Shown here one piece after another: positions 1-10,230 of a DNA stretch of 64,000 bases. Location of the stretch: positions 768,001 through 832,000 of the forward strand of contig CAWANH010000028.1 in NCBI GenBank assembly GCA_963783375.1, written 5' to 3'. The notes under the pieces are model-generated. The model saw nothing but the letters and a program-made list of their open reading frames with translations, was not told where the DNA came from and searched no databases. Source of the stretch: Candidatus Eiseniibacteriota bacterium. GTDB lineage: Bacteria > Eisenbacteria > RBG-16-71-46 > JABDJR01. Position 1 is the stretch's first letter; each line of letters opens with the position of its first letter. A program made the position numbers and the translations under genes.

Positions 1-409
1 CGATGGGGTTCAGATCCTCGCGCTGGAGGTTTTCCACCAGGGCCACTTCCAGCATCTCACGCCGGGACGCCTGACGAACCACCACCGGCACCGATTGCAG
101 GCCGGCTTGCTTCGAGGCCATGAACCGGCGCTCGCCGGCGATGAGTTCGAATTCACCGTTCTCCGCCGCGCGCACCACGAGGGGCTGAATGAGGCCGTTC
201 TCCTCGATAGAGCGTGCCAGTTCGGTCAGGGTCTCGGGGTTGAACTGGTTGCGCGGCTGGAAGGGGTTTGGACGAATCCGATCCACCGATACCATGCGGG
301 GAGCGCCGTCGCCGGGTTCGACCCGGGGGGTTCCGCCGGTGGGGGTGGGGTCGCTGGACGACACGGGAATGAGGGCCTCCAGGCCCCGGCCAAGCGCCTT
401 TCTACTCAT
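1..409 (-). CDS. parB: ParB/Spo0J chromosome partitioning protein (5' part; runs off the window)
   Basis: Not in the ORF track. Manual translation from ATG 409 gives MSRKALGRGLEALIPV..., later ELIAGERRFMASKQAGL...LEVALVENLQREDLNPI, the ParB CTPase motif. Overlaps the parA stop by 8 nt. Confidence 0.95.
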   Translation of the reverse strand, partial: MSRKALGRGLEALIPVSSSDPTPTGGTPRVEPGDGAPRMVSVDRIRPNPFQPRNQFNPETLTELARSIEENGLIQPLVVRAAENGEFELIAGERRFMASKQAGLQSVPVVVRQASRREMLEVALVENLQREDLNPI

Positions 410-1196
410 TGGGCACCATCTCCCTCTGGGGTTGCGGTTCATGCGACATAACCTCTTGTGCCAGAGCAAGATAGCTCTGTGATCCGACGCAGGCATGGTC
501 GTACTTGAGGACCGGCATGCCGTAGGAGGGCGCCTCGCTCAACCGGACGTTGCGCGGGATGACGCTCTGATAGACCCTGCCGGCAAAGAACTTCCGGGCC
601 TCCTCCGCCACTTCATGGGAGAGGTTGAGCCTGGAGTCGTACATCGTGAGTAGGATCCCCTCGATTTCCAACCTTGGATTCAGGGATTGCTGGATCAGGC
701 GAATGGCGTTGAGGAGCTGGGTCAATCCCTCGAGGGCGTAATACTCGGTCTGAATGGGGATCAGGACCGAGTCGGCCGCGGTGAGGGTGTTCACGGTGAG
801 GAGCCCCAGCGAGGGCGGGCAATCCGCGAGGATGTAGTCATAGCGCGCCCGTATCGGTTCCAGATGGCGCCGCAACACCTTTTCTCGCTCCGGCTGGGAG
901 ACCAGCTCGACCTCCGCGCCGATCAGCCGTTGTCCAGACGGGAGAAGATCGACCCCGGCCACCGAGGTGGCGGTGATGGCTTCCTGAAAGGAACAGGAGT
1001 CGGTCATCACTTCGTAGACGCCGTTGGGGACGTCGTTCCCCCGAACCCCCAGACCGCTTCCCGCGTTTCCCTGAGGGTCCAGGTCCAGGACGAGGATGCG
1101 CCGCCCGGACTCCGAGAGGGCGGCGGCGAGGTTCACCGTCGTCGTGGTCTTCCCCACCCCCCCCTTCTGGTTGGCTATCGCGATCATCCGGCTCAC
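402..1196 (-). CDS. parA: ParA/Soj family ATPase
   Basis: Deviant Walker A NQKGGVGKTTT, DLDPQGN, DCPPSLGLL, IPRNVRLSEAPSYG; directly upstream of parB. Confidence 0.97.
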   Translation of the reverse strand: MSRMIAIANQKGGVGKTTTTVNLAAALSESGRRILVLDLDPQGNAGSGLGVRGNDVPNGVYEVMTDSCSFQEAITATSVAGVDLLPSGQRLIGAEVELVSQPEREKVLRRHLEPIRARYDYILADCPPSLGLLTVNTLTAADSVLIPIQTEYYALEGLTQLLNAIRLIQQSLNPRLEIEGILLTMYDSRLNLSHEVAEEARKFFAGRVYQSVIPRNVRLSEAPSYGMPVLKYDHACVGSQSYLALAQEVMSHEPQPQREMVPNE

Positions 1197-1548
1197 GTCG
1201 TGCTTCCTTTCCGACGGGGCTGACTCGCCCGGAAACGCCCCAATGCGGCTCCGCGGAATCGGAGATTCCGCAAGGGGGGTCCGGCACGCTCAACTCTATG
1301 TATCACAAGGGGAAGGCGGGGTGGACGAGACGAAGACAGGGTGAGCGCCGAGTTCACCGCAAGACCGCCGCCCTCCATAAGCGCCTATCTTGCCTGGAGC
1401 TGAGAGACTTGCCCGCAGTCGGCTCAGATCGTCTTTCCTGGCTATGGTGCGACCCCCAGCCCACGATGTCAATCCAAACGCCGGATCTTATCTCTAACCC
1501 TTTGTCCCGCTTGAATCAAAAATTCTGCGTCGGTCTCTCCGGCGCCCG

Positions 1549-1564
1549 TGTTTCACGTGAAACA
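1549..1564. promoter_or_regulatory. parS centromere site
   Basis: Perfect palindrome TGTTTCACGTGAAACA matching the parS consensus, near parAB. Confidence 0.95.
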
Positions 1565-2201
1565 TCGGTGTGAATCCGCCGGAACGCCGGCAAAATCCCT
1601 TGCTGCATAACGTGTTGAGCCGTTCCGGTGGCAGCCGGCGGGCCCTGGTCCGGTCCGGGTGCGTCTGGTGCCGAGGGGTCCGAACGAGAAGCATGGGGCA
1701 TTCGCGGGAAGCCCCCGGTCCACCCGCCGCCTCCCGGGAGCCACGCCGGAGGCCCGGGACGGACCCCTACGACCGAGCCCCGGAGAGCGCATCCGGATCA
1801 CGGAGACCCTCCCCTAACCTGAACGGTCTCCAGCCCAAGAGCCTCGACCCCGGTGAGCCGGGGCCGTGGGATTGGCCGGGGGAGATGTTGGCCGGTGCCG
1901 GGTCGAGAGCCGGGGTCCGGGGGCGGCCGCGGGGTCCCGGGATCCTGGGGTGGGCGCCGCGTCTCCATCCCCCCACTCCCCGGATCGGCGCCGGCGCTTC
2001 GGTCATCGGGCCTCTCCAGCCAGGGATGGATCTGCCCCCCACCGGACGACCAGGCCCACTCCCGGTGGACGGATCAGCTCCCTCGTGGGGCGCACGGCCC
2101 GGACGAACCAAGCATCAATAGCCACACAACTTATTGACAATAAACGTTTTACAGAATAACAAATCGTGAGCCTGTACAACCACACGGTTTGTATGGGGCG
2201 A

Positions 2202-2217
2202 TGTTTCACGTGAAACG
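2202..2217. promoter_or_regulatory. parS centromere site (one mismatch)
   Basis: TGTTTCACGTGAAACG within the extended dyad CGATGTTTCACGTGAAACGTCG. Confidence 0.9.
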
Positions 2218-2259
2218 TCGCGGTCGCATGACCGCCCTCGCCGGGGTCTGCCGGGAACT

Positions 2260-2910
2260 CTACCTGGAGTTTGGCAGCTCCGCCCACGTGGAGCGGGGCC
2301 AGACCTGGATGGCGCGCGGAGATTCGCTCTCGATGGGGAGGACGCGGATTCCACCAAGCCCAAGACCCGGATCCCCGAAACGGACGAATTCTGCATCCGG
2401 GCTCATGATCTCTTCGAGCAGGGTCACCATCGGCGGCGTCCAGCTGACGGCCCTGGAAACCCCGAAATCAAACAGGGGCTCCGGGTGGCTGCGCGCAAAG
2501 GCATCCAGGGACGCCATGACCACGCGGGTGCGCTTGAGCCCCAGCTGCATGACGGTTCGCTCGAGGAAGCCGGCCCGTCGGTGCCTCGGCTCGACGAGCA
2601 CGATTTCCAGATCCGGGCGCAAGATGGCCAGGGGTATCCCGGGCAGCCCCGCGCCGCTTCCAACGTCCACCACGCGCGACCCAGGCTTGGCCAGGCCCAC
2701 GAAGACCGGCGCCGCCACTTCCCGCAGGTGACGCATGAAGAGCCGCGGGAGGTCCTTTCGCGAAACCAGCCCCAAGCTCGCGCCCCGTTCGATGATCAGC
2801 TCCCCGTAATCGAGGAGCCGCCCCCGGTCCGCGTCCAATAGTTCTTTGTGATTATCATACAACCATGATATAAATGATTTCTTATCGCTATCGAATTCCG
2901 TGCTTTCCAT
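2260..2910 (-). CDS. rsmG: 16S rRNA m7G527 methyltransferase RsmG/GidB
   Basis: VVDVGSGAGLPGIPLAI SAM motif, VEP..RRAGFL, VSRAV; follows mnmG. Confidence 0.93.
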   Translation of the reverse strand: MESTEFDSDKKSFISWLYDNHKELLDADRGRLLDYGELIIERGASLGLVSRKDLPRLFMRHLREVAAPVFVGLAKPGSRVVDVGSGAGLPGIPLAILRPDLEIVLVEPRHRRAGFLERTVMQLGLKRTRVVMASLDAFARSHPEPLFDFGVSRAVSWTPPMVTLLEEIMSPDAEFVRFGDPGLGLGGIRVLPIESESPRAIQVWPRSTWAELPNSR

Positions 2911-2941
2911 GCTCAGTCCTTTTACCGGAATCCGGTCGTAA

Positions 2942-4846
2942 TTACCGCCGGCCGTTTCCGGGTCCGTTCGATGCGCCGTTCTTCCCCGCGCCCCCGAACT
3001 CCTTGAGCCGGACCAGGATCACCCCCACGTCCGCCGGCGACACCCCCCGCACCCGCGAAGCCTGCCCCACGTTGTCCGGCCGAACCCTGAGGAGCGCTTC
3101 CCGTCCCTGGTTGGACACCCCGCGAAGTTCGCTTTGCCAGAACGGCTCGGGAATCCGGCGGTCTTCCATGTCGCGCCGGCGCTCGATGCCGTCCAGTTCC
3201 CGGCGGATGTATCCTTCGTACTTGACCTCGATCTCCAACCGTCGTCCCAGGTCCACGGGAAGGAGGGGCGCCTCCGACACCGCGGCCAGGGCCGGATAGG
3301 TCACCTGGGGTCGGCGCAGGAGATCCTCGAGGCTCATCCCGCCGAACTCCGGCACCTCCAGGGAAGGAAGCGTCTCGCCGATCCGGTGCATGGAGACCCG
3401 CGAGCTCCGCAGGCGCTCCCGTTCCCCGGCGATCCGCCGCCGCTTCTCCAGCCAGCCGGCCCGCTCCCCGGCGGTCACCAGGCCCAGCCGCGCCCCCAGG
3501 CCCATCAACCGCTCGTCGGCGTTGTCGTTCCGCAAGAGGAGCCGGTACTCGGATTGGGAGGTGAACATGCGATAGGGTTCTTCGGTGCCCAGGGTCACGA
3601 GGTCGTCGATCATGACCCCCACGTACGCTTCCCAGCGGCGAAGCACCACCGGCTCCTCTCCCCGAATCCGTAGCGCGGCGTTGATTCCGGCCAGCAACCC
3701 CTGCCCCGCCGCTTCCTCGTACCCGGTGGTGCCGTTGATCTGGCCGGCCAGGAAGAGTCCGGCCACCGGCTTGGTCTCGAGGTTGGGATGAAGCTGCTCC
3801 GGATGCACGAAGTCGTACTCCACCGCATAGCCCGGACGCAGCATCTCCGCCTCGGCAAGCCCGGGCACGGTGGCCAGGATCTCCATCTGCACTTCCTCGG
3901 GAAGGCTGGTGGAGAGACCGTTGATATACATCTCGTCGGTTGCGCGCCCCTCGGGCTCGATCCAGATATGGTGCGCCGGCCGGTCGGGGAACTTCACCAC
4001 CTTGTCCTCGATGGACGGGCAATACCGGGGACCGACCCCCCGGATACGTCCGGAGTAGAGAGGCGAGCGATGCATGTTCTCCCGGATCACCCGGTGGGTC
4101 TCCCCGGTGGTATGGGTGATCCAGCAGGTCACCTGCTCCACGTCCAGGGCCTCGGTGAAGTGGGAGAAAGACGCGGGGGGATCGTCCCCGTATTGTACGG
4201 CCAGCCCGTCGAAGTCGATGCTTCGCCGGTGGATCCGCGGCGGGGTGCCGGTCTTCATCCGTCCCAGTCGAAACCCCTTCTCCCGAAGGGAGTCGGAGAG
4301 CCGCGGGGCGGAGATCTCGCCGCTTCGACCCCCGGGATAGTTGGCGTCACCTAGGTGAATGAGGCCGTTCAGGAAGGTCCCGGGGGTGATGATGAGGGCC
4401 CGGCAGGCGTACCGGCGGCCGCTTTGGAGTCCCACCCCGGCGATCCGATCCCCCTCCAGGAGGATCTCCACCACCTGGCCCTGGCGGAGGTCCAGCCCCG
4501 GTGTCCGCTCCACCATGCGGCGGACGGTGTCCTGATAGAGCTTCTTGTCGGCCTGGGCCCGGGGGGAGTGGACCGCGGGGCCCTTGCTCCGGTTGAGCAT
4601 CCGGAACTGGATCCCGGCGGCGTCGATCGCCCGGCCCATGACGCCTCCCAGGGCGTCGATCTCCCGCACCATCTGACCTTTCCCCACTCCGCCGATGGCC
4701 GGGTTGCAGGACATCTGCGCCACGTGATCCAGGTTCAGGGTGAGGAGCAGGGTCTGCATCCCCATCCGCGCCGCGGCCGAGGCGGCCTCGCAGCCGGCGT
4801 GGCCGGCCCCGATCACGATGACGTCATAGGCGTCGTGGGATGACAT
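2942..4846 (-). CDS. mnmG: tRNA uridine-5-carboxymethylaminomethyl modification enzyme MnmG/GidA
   Basis: [49 protein letters not shown]. Confidence 0.98.
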   Translation of the reverse strand: MSSHDAYDVIVIGAGHAGCEAASAAARMGMQTLLLTLNLDHVAQMSCNPAIGGVGKGQMVREIDALGGVMGRAIDAAGIQFRMLNRSKGPAVHSPRAQADKKLYQDTVRRMVERTPGLDLRQGQVVEILLEGDRIAGVGLQSGRRYACRALIITPGTFLNGLIHLGDANYPGGRSGEISAPRLSDSLREKGFRLGRMKTGTPPRIHRRSIDFDGLAVQYGDDPPASFSHFTEALDVEQVTCWITHTTGETHRVIRENMHRSPLYSGRIRGVGPRYCPSIEDKVVKFPDRPAHHIWIEPEGRATDEMYINGLSTSLPEEVQMEILATVPGLAEAEMLRPGYAVEYDFVHPEQLHPNLETKPVAGLFLAGQINGTTGYEEAAGQGLLAGINAALRIRGEEPVVLRRWEAYVGVMIDDLVTLGTEEPYRMFTSQSEYRLLLRNDNADERLMGLGARLGLVTAGERAGWLEKRRRIAGERERLRSSRVSMHRIGETLPSLEVPEFGGMSLEDLLRRPQVTYPALAAVSEAPLLPVDLGRRLEIEVKYEGYIRRELDGIERRRDMEDRRIPEPFWQSELRGVSNQGREALLRVRPDNVGQASRVRGVSPADVGVILVRLKEFGGAGKNGASNGPGNGRR

Positions 4847-4904
4847 GGGGAAGGGGTCTCCAGGATCAGAGGGTCAACCCGGGCGCGGCGCGCCGCCGGC
4901 CCGG

Positions 4905-6287
4905 TCATTTTCCGATACAGAACCGCCGGAAGATCTCGTCCAGAAGCTCGGCGCCCGCCCGCTCGCCGGTGATGGCGGCCAGAGCCTCGAGGGCCCGGTG
5001 CAGATCCGCCGCCGCCAGCTCCACCGGCTCACCGGCCAGGAGCACGGCCCGCCCCCGCGCCAGGGCTGACGCCCCCGATCGCAGGAGGTGCGCGTGGCGC
5101 TCGTTGGCCACCCAGACCGTCTCCCCCTCGAGGGCGTCCACCACCTCGGCGGTGAGCTCCGCCTCCAGGGCACGGGCCAGTCTGCCAACCCCCGCCCCGC
5201 TGAGGGCCGAAGTTCGATGGGTGGCCCGTGGTGAGTGACCGTTCACCCACCCGCCTTCCCGGGACCCCAGGTCGGCCTTGTTCAGGACCAGGTGTACCCG
5301 GGTAAACTCCAGCCCACGGGCGATTTCGCGATCCTCGGGCGTGGCCGGCGTCGAGCCGTCCACCACCCACAGGATCACATCCGCCTTGCGGAGTTCGGAG
5401 CGGCTCCGCTCCACTCCCGCCCGCTCCACCGGCTCCACCGCCTCGCGAAGCCCCGCGGTGTCCACCAGCCGGACCGGGATCCCCGACCATTCCACCCACC
5501 CGTCCACCACGTCGCGGGTGGTACCGGGGGTCTCGTGAACCAGGGCACGATCGGATCCCACCAGGGCGTTCAGGAGCGACGACTTCCCCACATTCGGCCG
5601 TCCGCACAGCGCCACCGTCATCCCCTCCCGCGCACGGCGCGAGGGGGCGTGCCCGGCGGCCAGACGATCCAGGCGTGCTTCGGCCCGGGCCAGCGCCGCG
5701 GCCACCGAAGCCGCGTCAGGGGCCTCGGGGACGTCGTCCCCGAAGTCGAGATGGGCTTCGATCCGCGCCAGCTCGCCTCGGATCTCCCCCGCCAGGCCGC
5801 GCACCCGCTCCGACAACCCGCCCTGGAGCTGGATCAGCGCCTGCTCCTGGGCCCGGCGTCCGCGCGCGGCAATGAGATCGGCCACCGCCTCGGCCTGAGC
5901 CAGATCCAGCCGTCCGTTCAGGAACGCGCGCCGCGAGAATTCACCCGGCTCCGCGGGCCGGGCGCCCGCCTTCCACAGCGCCTCCAGCACCCGGCGGGCG
6001 GGAACGCTCCCGCCGTGGCAGGATAGTTCAACCACGTCCTCCCCGGTGTAAGAGCGCGGCCCGCGATAAACCCAGGCCACCGCTTCGTCCACCGAGGCCT
6101 CGCCGTCCACCACGAACCCGTGCATCCCCTCGAAGCCGGCCAGGGCCTCGAGCTTCCGCGCCCCGCGAAACGCCCGATCGGCCACCGCCACCGCTTCGGG
6201 GCCGCTCAAGCGCACCACGGCCAGGGCCCCCGCCCCGGGAGGGGTGGCGAGCGCGGCGATGGTGTCTCGAGCCGTGTTTCGGATCAC
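4905..6287 (-). CDS. mnmE: tRNA modification GTPase MnmE/TrmE
   Basis: DTIAALATPPG, GRPNVGKSS, GTTRD, DTAG, NKAD, C-terminal FCIGK. Confidence 0.98.
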   Translation of the reverse strand: MIRNTARDTIAALATPPGAGALAVVRLSGPEAVAVADRAFRGARKLEALAGFEGMHGFVVDGEASVDEAVAWVYRGPRSYTGEDVVELSCHGGSVPARRVLEALWKAGARPAEPGEFSRRAFLNGRLDLAQAEAVADLIAARGRRAQEQALIQLQGGLSERVRGLAGEIRGELARIEAHLDFGDDVPEAPDAASVAAALARAEARLDRLAAGHAPSRRAREGMTVALCGRPNVGKSSLLNALVGSDRALVHETPGTTRDVVDGWVEWSGIPVRLVDTAGLREAVEPVERAGVERSRSELRKADVILWVVDGSTPATPEDREIARGLEFTRVHLVLNKADLGSREGGWVNGHSPRATHRTSALSGAGVGRLARALEAELTAEVVDALEGETVWVANERHAHLLRSGASALARGRAVLLAGEPVELAAADLHRALEALAAITGERAGAELLDEIFRRFCIGK

Positions 6288-6338
6288 GGGGACCTTCCGG
6301 TGATGCTGTTCGGACCGGGCCTTGCGCGACCGGCGGGA

Positions 6339-7052
6339 TCAGGCCTCGACGTCTCCGGGGGCCTGGACTCCCGGGGCGGCGCCGGAACGTCGCGCGGGGA
6401 TGAGGACCACGCGCTTGTTCACCCCGGATCCCGCGGCGTGGGTCTCCACCCCGGTAATCTCGGCCAGGGCGCGGTGCACCACGCGCCGCTCGGCCGGGGT
6501 CAGGGGCTCGGTCATGGCCCGGCGCCGGGTGCGCTCCACCCGCTCGGCCAGGTTTCGGGCCAGCTGGCGGAGCTGGTCCTCCCTCCGGCCGCGGTAGCCG
6601 GCCACGTCCACCCGCACCTCGCCGCCGTGCCCGTTCAACTGCCGCGAGGCCATGCGCACGATAACGTGCTGGAGGGCGGCGAGGGTTTCCCCCTTCCGCC
6701 CGATCAGAAGCCCGTCGGTCTCGCCGCTCTGGATGTCCAGGGTCACCGCGCCGCCGTCCTCGCTGTACGCGACCTCGGCGGCGATGCCCATCAGCTCCAG
6801 GAGCTTCTCGGTGATCCGCCGGGCGGTGGGCCCGACCCGGTCCTTGATCGCAACCCGCACCCGGGAGGGGCGGGAGCCGATCCCCAGGAACCCCCGGGCC
6901 CCGGCGTCCAGCACCGAGACCTCGGCGTCTTCGGCGGCCAGGCCGAGCCGGGCGAGGCCGGCCGCCGTCGCCTCCTCCACCGTGCTTCCCTCGACTTCGA
7001 TGACGCCCTCGTCCGCGGGGGGCGGGGTGAATTCGTTCGTGCTCTCGGTCAT
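6339..7052 (-). CDS. jag: Jag/EloR (KhpB) RNA-binding protein with Jag_N, KH and R3H domains
   Basis: EGSTVEEA...GFLGIG (Jag_N), LIGRKGETLAALQ (KH), ERRVVHRAL (R3H); sits between yidC and mnmE. Confidence 0.93.
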   Translation of the reverse strand: MTESTNEFTPPPADEGVIEVEGSTVEEATAAGLARLGLAAEDAEVSVLDAGARGFLGIGSRPSRVRVAIKDRVGPTARRITEKLLELMGIAAEVAYSEDGGAVTLDIQSGETDGLLIGRKGETLAALQHVIVRMASRQLNGHGGEVRVDVAGYRGRREDQLRQLARNLAERVERTRRRAMTEPLTPAERRVVHRALAEITGVETHAAGSGVNKRVVLIPARRSGAAPGVQAPGDVEA

Positions 7053-8725
7053 GCGGTGCTGACCGCCGGAGCCGGCATCGGCTCTTCACGGTGAATCATC
7101 CACTGCTGGGCCACGGTCAGGATGTTGTTCACCGTCCAGTAGAGGTTCAGACCTGCGGGGAACGAATAGAAGATGAACAACATGACCAGGGGCATCATGT
7201 AGCCGATCATCTTCTGGCGCGGGTCGCCGGCGGTGGGGGTCAGCATCTGCTGGGCCACCGTGGTCAGGAAGAGAAGGAAGGGCAGGACGTGGATCGCGAA
7301 CCCGCCCACGGTGGCGATGGTGTCCGGGGAGGACAGGTCGTTCATCCACAGGACGAAGTCCGCTCCCCGCATGGCGATGCTGTTGGCCAGCACCGCGTAG
7401 AGGGCCACGAACACCGGCATCTGCACGACGATGGGCAGGCACCCCCCCATGGGGTTCACCTTGTGCTTCTTGTAGAGCGCCATCGTCTCCTTCTGCTGGC
7501 GCTGGGCGTCGTTCTTGTACTTTTCCTTGATCGCCTGCATCTCCGGCTGGACCCGCTGCATGGCCCGCATGCTCTTCACGCTGGATTTGGTGAGCGGGTA
7601 GAAGATGAGCTTGGTGGCGGCGGAGATGATGATGATGACCACCCCGTAATTGGGGATGAAGCCGTACATCCACACCATGACCGCCAGCAGGAGCTTGGAG
7701 ATCGGCCGGAAGATCTTCCAGCCCAGGTCCACCGCCTGCTCGAGGCCGTGGTCGAGGTTCTTGAGGCTGGCGTAGTCCATCGGACCCAGGTACACGTGGT
7801 ACTGGTGGTCGGCGGCCCCGTGGAGCATGGGCATCACCATCTCGGCGCCGGTGACGTTCCTGGCCGCGTCCCCGGTGGCCACCACGCGGCTGGAGATCCC
7901 CTCGGGGGGGATCATCACCGCCATGAAGTACTTGTTCCGGACTCCCGCCCAGATGACGCTCCCCTGCAACTCCTTCTCGTGGGTCTTCTTGAAGCTCCCG
8001 GGACGCACCGACTCCTTCTCCTTCCCGAGAAGGACGATGGTGCCGGCGGCGGTGTGGTACTGCTTTTCGTTGGACTCGGCGCGGGGGATCCCGTCCCGCC
8101 AGGTCAACCGGTAACCCACCGCTTCGGGCACCCCGGCGATGGAAACGTCCAGGTCCACCATGTACCCGCGGGCGGGGAAGGTGTACGTCTTGGTGATGCG
8201 CGCCCCTCCGTCGGGTCCGGCCTCGAAGACCAGCCGCCGGCCGCCGTCGGTCAGGGTTTCCTCCCGGGTCGAAAAGAGGGTTTCCGAGAGGCGCTTCACC
8301 CCGGTCTCGGTCTCGAGCACGAGGCCGAGTTCACCCGTTCCGGGCGGGACGAGGTCCACCGGGCCCCCGGTCAGGCCGGTGTACCTCAGGAGCTTCCAGG
8401 AGACGAGCTGACCCCCCCGGTTGGAGAAGACCGCGTCGTAATCCTCCGTCTTCACCTCGAAGGTCTGTTCCGAGGACGCACGGTCCAGCCCGGTCTCGAG
8501 TCCGGCGGAGGGGGTCGCGGTCCCGGTGGATTCACCGGGTGCGGCGGTAACCGCGGCGGCGCTCTCCACCGCGGTGGTGCCCGCGGCGGTGGCCAGGGAC
8601 TCGGCCGTCGAGGCCCCGTTGGGGCCCTTCGTCCCCGGGGGTGGCGGCTTGGGCGCGAACCACATCTGGAAGACGATGAGCACGATGGCCGAGAGCACCA
8701 CCGCCATGAGGAATCGTCGATCCAT
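7049..8725 (-). CDS. yidC: Membrane protein insertase YidC
   Basis: NYGVVIII...YPLT, NPMGGCLPIVVQMPVF, PAGLNLYWTVNN; start moved to ATG 8725 (MDRRFL) after an AAGGAG RBS. Confidence 0.96.
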   Translation of the reverse strand: MDRRFLMAVVLSAIVLIVFQMWFAPKPPPPGTKGPNGASTAESLATAAGTTAVESAAAVTAAPGESTGTATPSAGLETGLDRASSEQTFEVKTEDYDAVFSNRGGQLVSWKLLRYTGLTGGPVDLVPPGTGELGLVLETETGVKRLSETLFSTREETLTDGGRRLVFEAGPDGGARITKTYTFPARGYMVDLDVSIAGVPEAVGYRLTWRDGIPRAESNEKQYHTAAGTIVLLGKEKESVRPGSFKKTHEKELQGSVIWAGVRNKYFMAVMIPPEGISSRVVATGDAARNVTGAEMVMPMLHGAADHQYHVYLGPMDYASLKNLDHGLEQAVDLGWKIFRPISKLLLAVMVWMYGFIPNYGVVIIIISAATKLIFYPLTKSSVKSMRAMQRVQPEMQAIKEKYKNDAQRQQKETMALYKKHKVNPMGGCLPIVVQMPVFVALYAVLANSIAMRGADFVLWMNDLSSPDTIATVGGFAIHVLPFLLFLTTVAQQMLTPTAGDPRQKMIGYMMPLVMLFIFYSFPAGLNLYWTVNNILTVAQQWMIHREEPMPAPAVSTA

Positions 8726-8757
8726 GAAACTCCTTCTTGGAGTCCGGCCCAGCGGGC

Positions 8758-9051
8758 CTACTCCACCGGGTCGTAACCCCCCGGATGAAATGGGTGACAC
8801 CGGAGCACTCGTTTCACGGCCATCCAGGACCCCCGGGCCGCTCCGTAGCGGAGGATCGCCTCCCGCGCGTAGTGCGAGCAGGTGGGGGTATAGCGGCAGG
8901 AGGGGGGGAGAACCGGCGACAACACGATCTGGTACAGGCGGATGACCCCGGCCAGGAACCGGCGGGGCCAGTCCAGGGGTGCGTGGTGGATATGCGTGCG
9001 GGTCTGGGTGTTCACGTCAGCGATTCTCGCCCGGGGGCAACGCGGGGGCAA
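8758..9051 (-). CDS. yidD: Membrane protein insertion efficiency factor YidD
   Basis: [22 protein letters not shown]...[13 protein letters not shown]; true start may be GTG 9015. Confidence 0.95.
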   Translation of the reverse strand: MPPRCPRARIADVNTQTRTHIHHAPLDWPRRFLAGVIRLYQIVLSPVLPPSCRYTPTCSHYAREAILRYGAARGSWMAVKRVLRCHPFHPGGYDPVE

Positions 9052-9439
9052 CCGAGGACTCGCCGGCGAGGCCGACGCGCTCCAGGAGTCCGGCCAGCTC
9101 GCGATCCACGTCCTCGAACCGCGCCTCGCCGCATCCTCTCCGGGCCACCAGAACCAGCTCGTAGCCCCGGGCGTGAAGTCCGGCCTTCCTCAGCCGGAAC
9201 GCTTCGCGAAGAAGGCGTTTGGCGCGGTTTCGATGCACCGCGTTCCCCACCCGCCGACCGGCTACGAAGCCGGCGCGGAGCGGGGCGTCGGGCGCGCGCA
9301 GAACGAAGAGAACGATGTACCGGCCCGGATAGCTCTTTCCTTCGCGATAGACGCGCTGGAATTCCGGGTTGCGGCGGAGCCGGTCTCCGGGGCGGAGACG
9401 GCGGTCCGGGGATCCCCCCGCGACCCCATTTGGGGTCAC
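9017..9439 (-). CDS. rnpA: Ribonuclease P protein component
   Basis: [35 protein letters not shown] (RNR motif); position in the rpmH-rnpA-yidD cluster. Confidence 0.95.
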   Translation of the reverse strand: MTPNGVAGGSPDRRLRPGDRLRRNPEFQRVYREGKSYPGRYIVLFVLRAPDAPLRAGFVAGRRVGNAVHRNRAKRLLREAFRLRKAGLHARGYELVLVARRGCGEARFEDVDRELAGLLERVGLAGESSVAPALPPGENR

Positions 9440-9573
9440 TACGGAGCCAGCCGGGCCCTGCCCTTGGCGCGACGGCGCTTCAAGATCAGACGTCCGGACT
9501 TGGACTTCATGCGCGCGCGGAAACCGTGTTTCTTCTTGCGCCGACGATTGTGTGGTTGGAAGGTTCGCTTCAC
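9439..9573 (-). CDS. rpmH: 50S ribosomal protein L34 (44 aa, below the ORF-track cutoff)
   Basis: Manual translation from GTG 9573: [44 protein letters not shown]. Confidence 0.97.
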   Translation of the reverse strand: MKRTFQPHNRRRKKKHGFRARMKSKSGRLILKRRRAKGRARLAP

Positions 9574-10017
9574 CCTGATCCCCTTTGATCGAGAGCTAGA
9601 TGGAACGGTCCCGGGGAGGACCGCCTACGGCAGGCAATGCCGAGAACGCAACAGGACCGAACAGGGTAGGCGCTCCCCCGGACCGAGTCAAGAGCTTCAC
9701 GGGGGCCGGGGTACAGGTCGAAAAATCTCGCTATTCATTGGCAGGAAACAGCCTGGGCGAAGCGGTTCTCCCCAGGCGGCGAGCCCCACGGACCCTCGAA
9801 TGAGATTGAAGGTGAAAACATGACTATAACTCATTATTATATAAAGAGTTATGTCGTTTCTTCGGGGTCCGGAATTAGTGTTGTGGGGCACATGCCCCTG
9901 TGGTACTCTGCCGAAACGCTCGAATCCGGGCCTTGACCGTGGCTCTTGGCTTTCAAGGTGCTGTGGCACATGGTGTTACGGAGGAGCCGTCGTACTCCCC
10001 ACCCTGGTCTTCCTGCC

Positions 10018-10211
10018 TGTGGATAACTCAGTGCGGAAAGCGCCTCGATCTGGACCACAAACCTAGAAAAGACAACTAGTTGGGTGCTTTTCCACAGGCG
10101 TGGAAAGACATCCGGGAATGGTCGCTCCCCTGGGCGAACCAAACCCCTCTGAATCGCCGAACAGCCTTCCCCGTCCCGGCACTCTCGGCTCATGCCCGGG
10201 GCTGTGGATAA
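10018..10211. promoter_or_regulatory. DnaA-box cluster upstream of dnaA
   Basis: TGTGGATAA at 10018-10026 and 10203-10211 (perfect), TTTTCCACA at 10088-10096, degenerate TGCGGAAAG and CGTGGAAAG. Confidence 0.88.
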
Positions 10212-10230
10212 CTCTGAAGGAGTCCCACCG

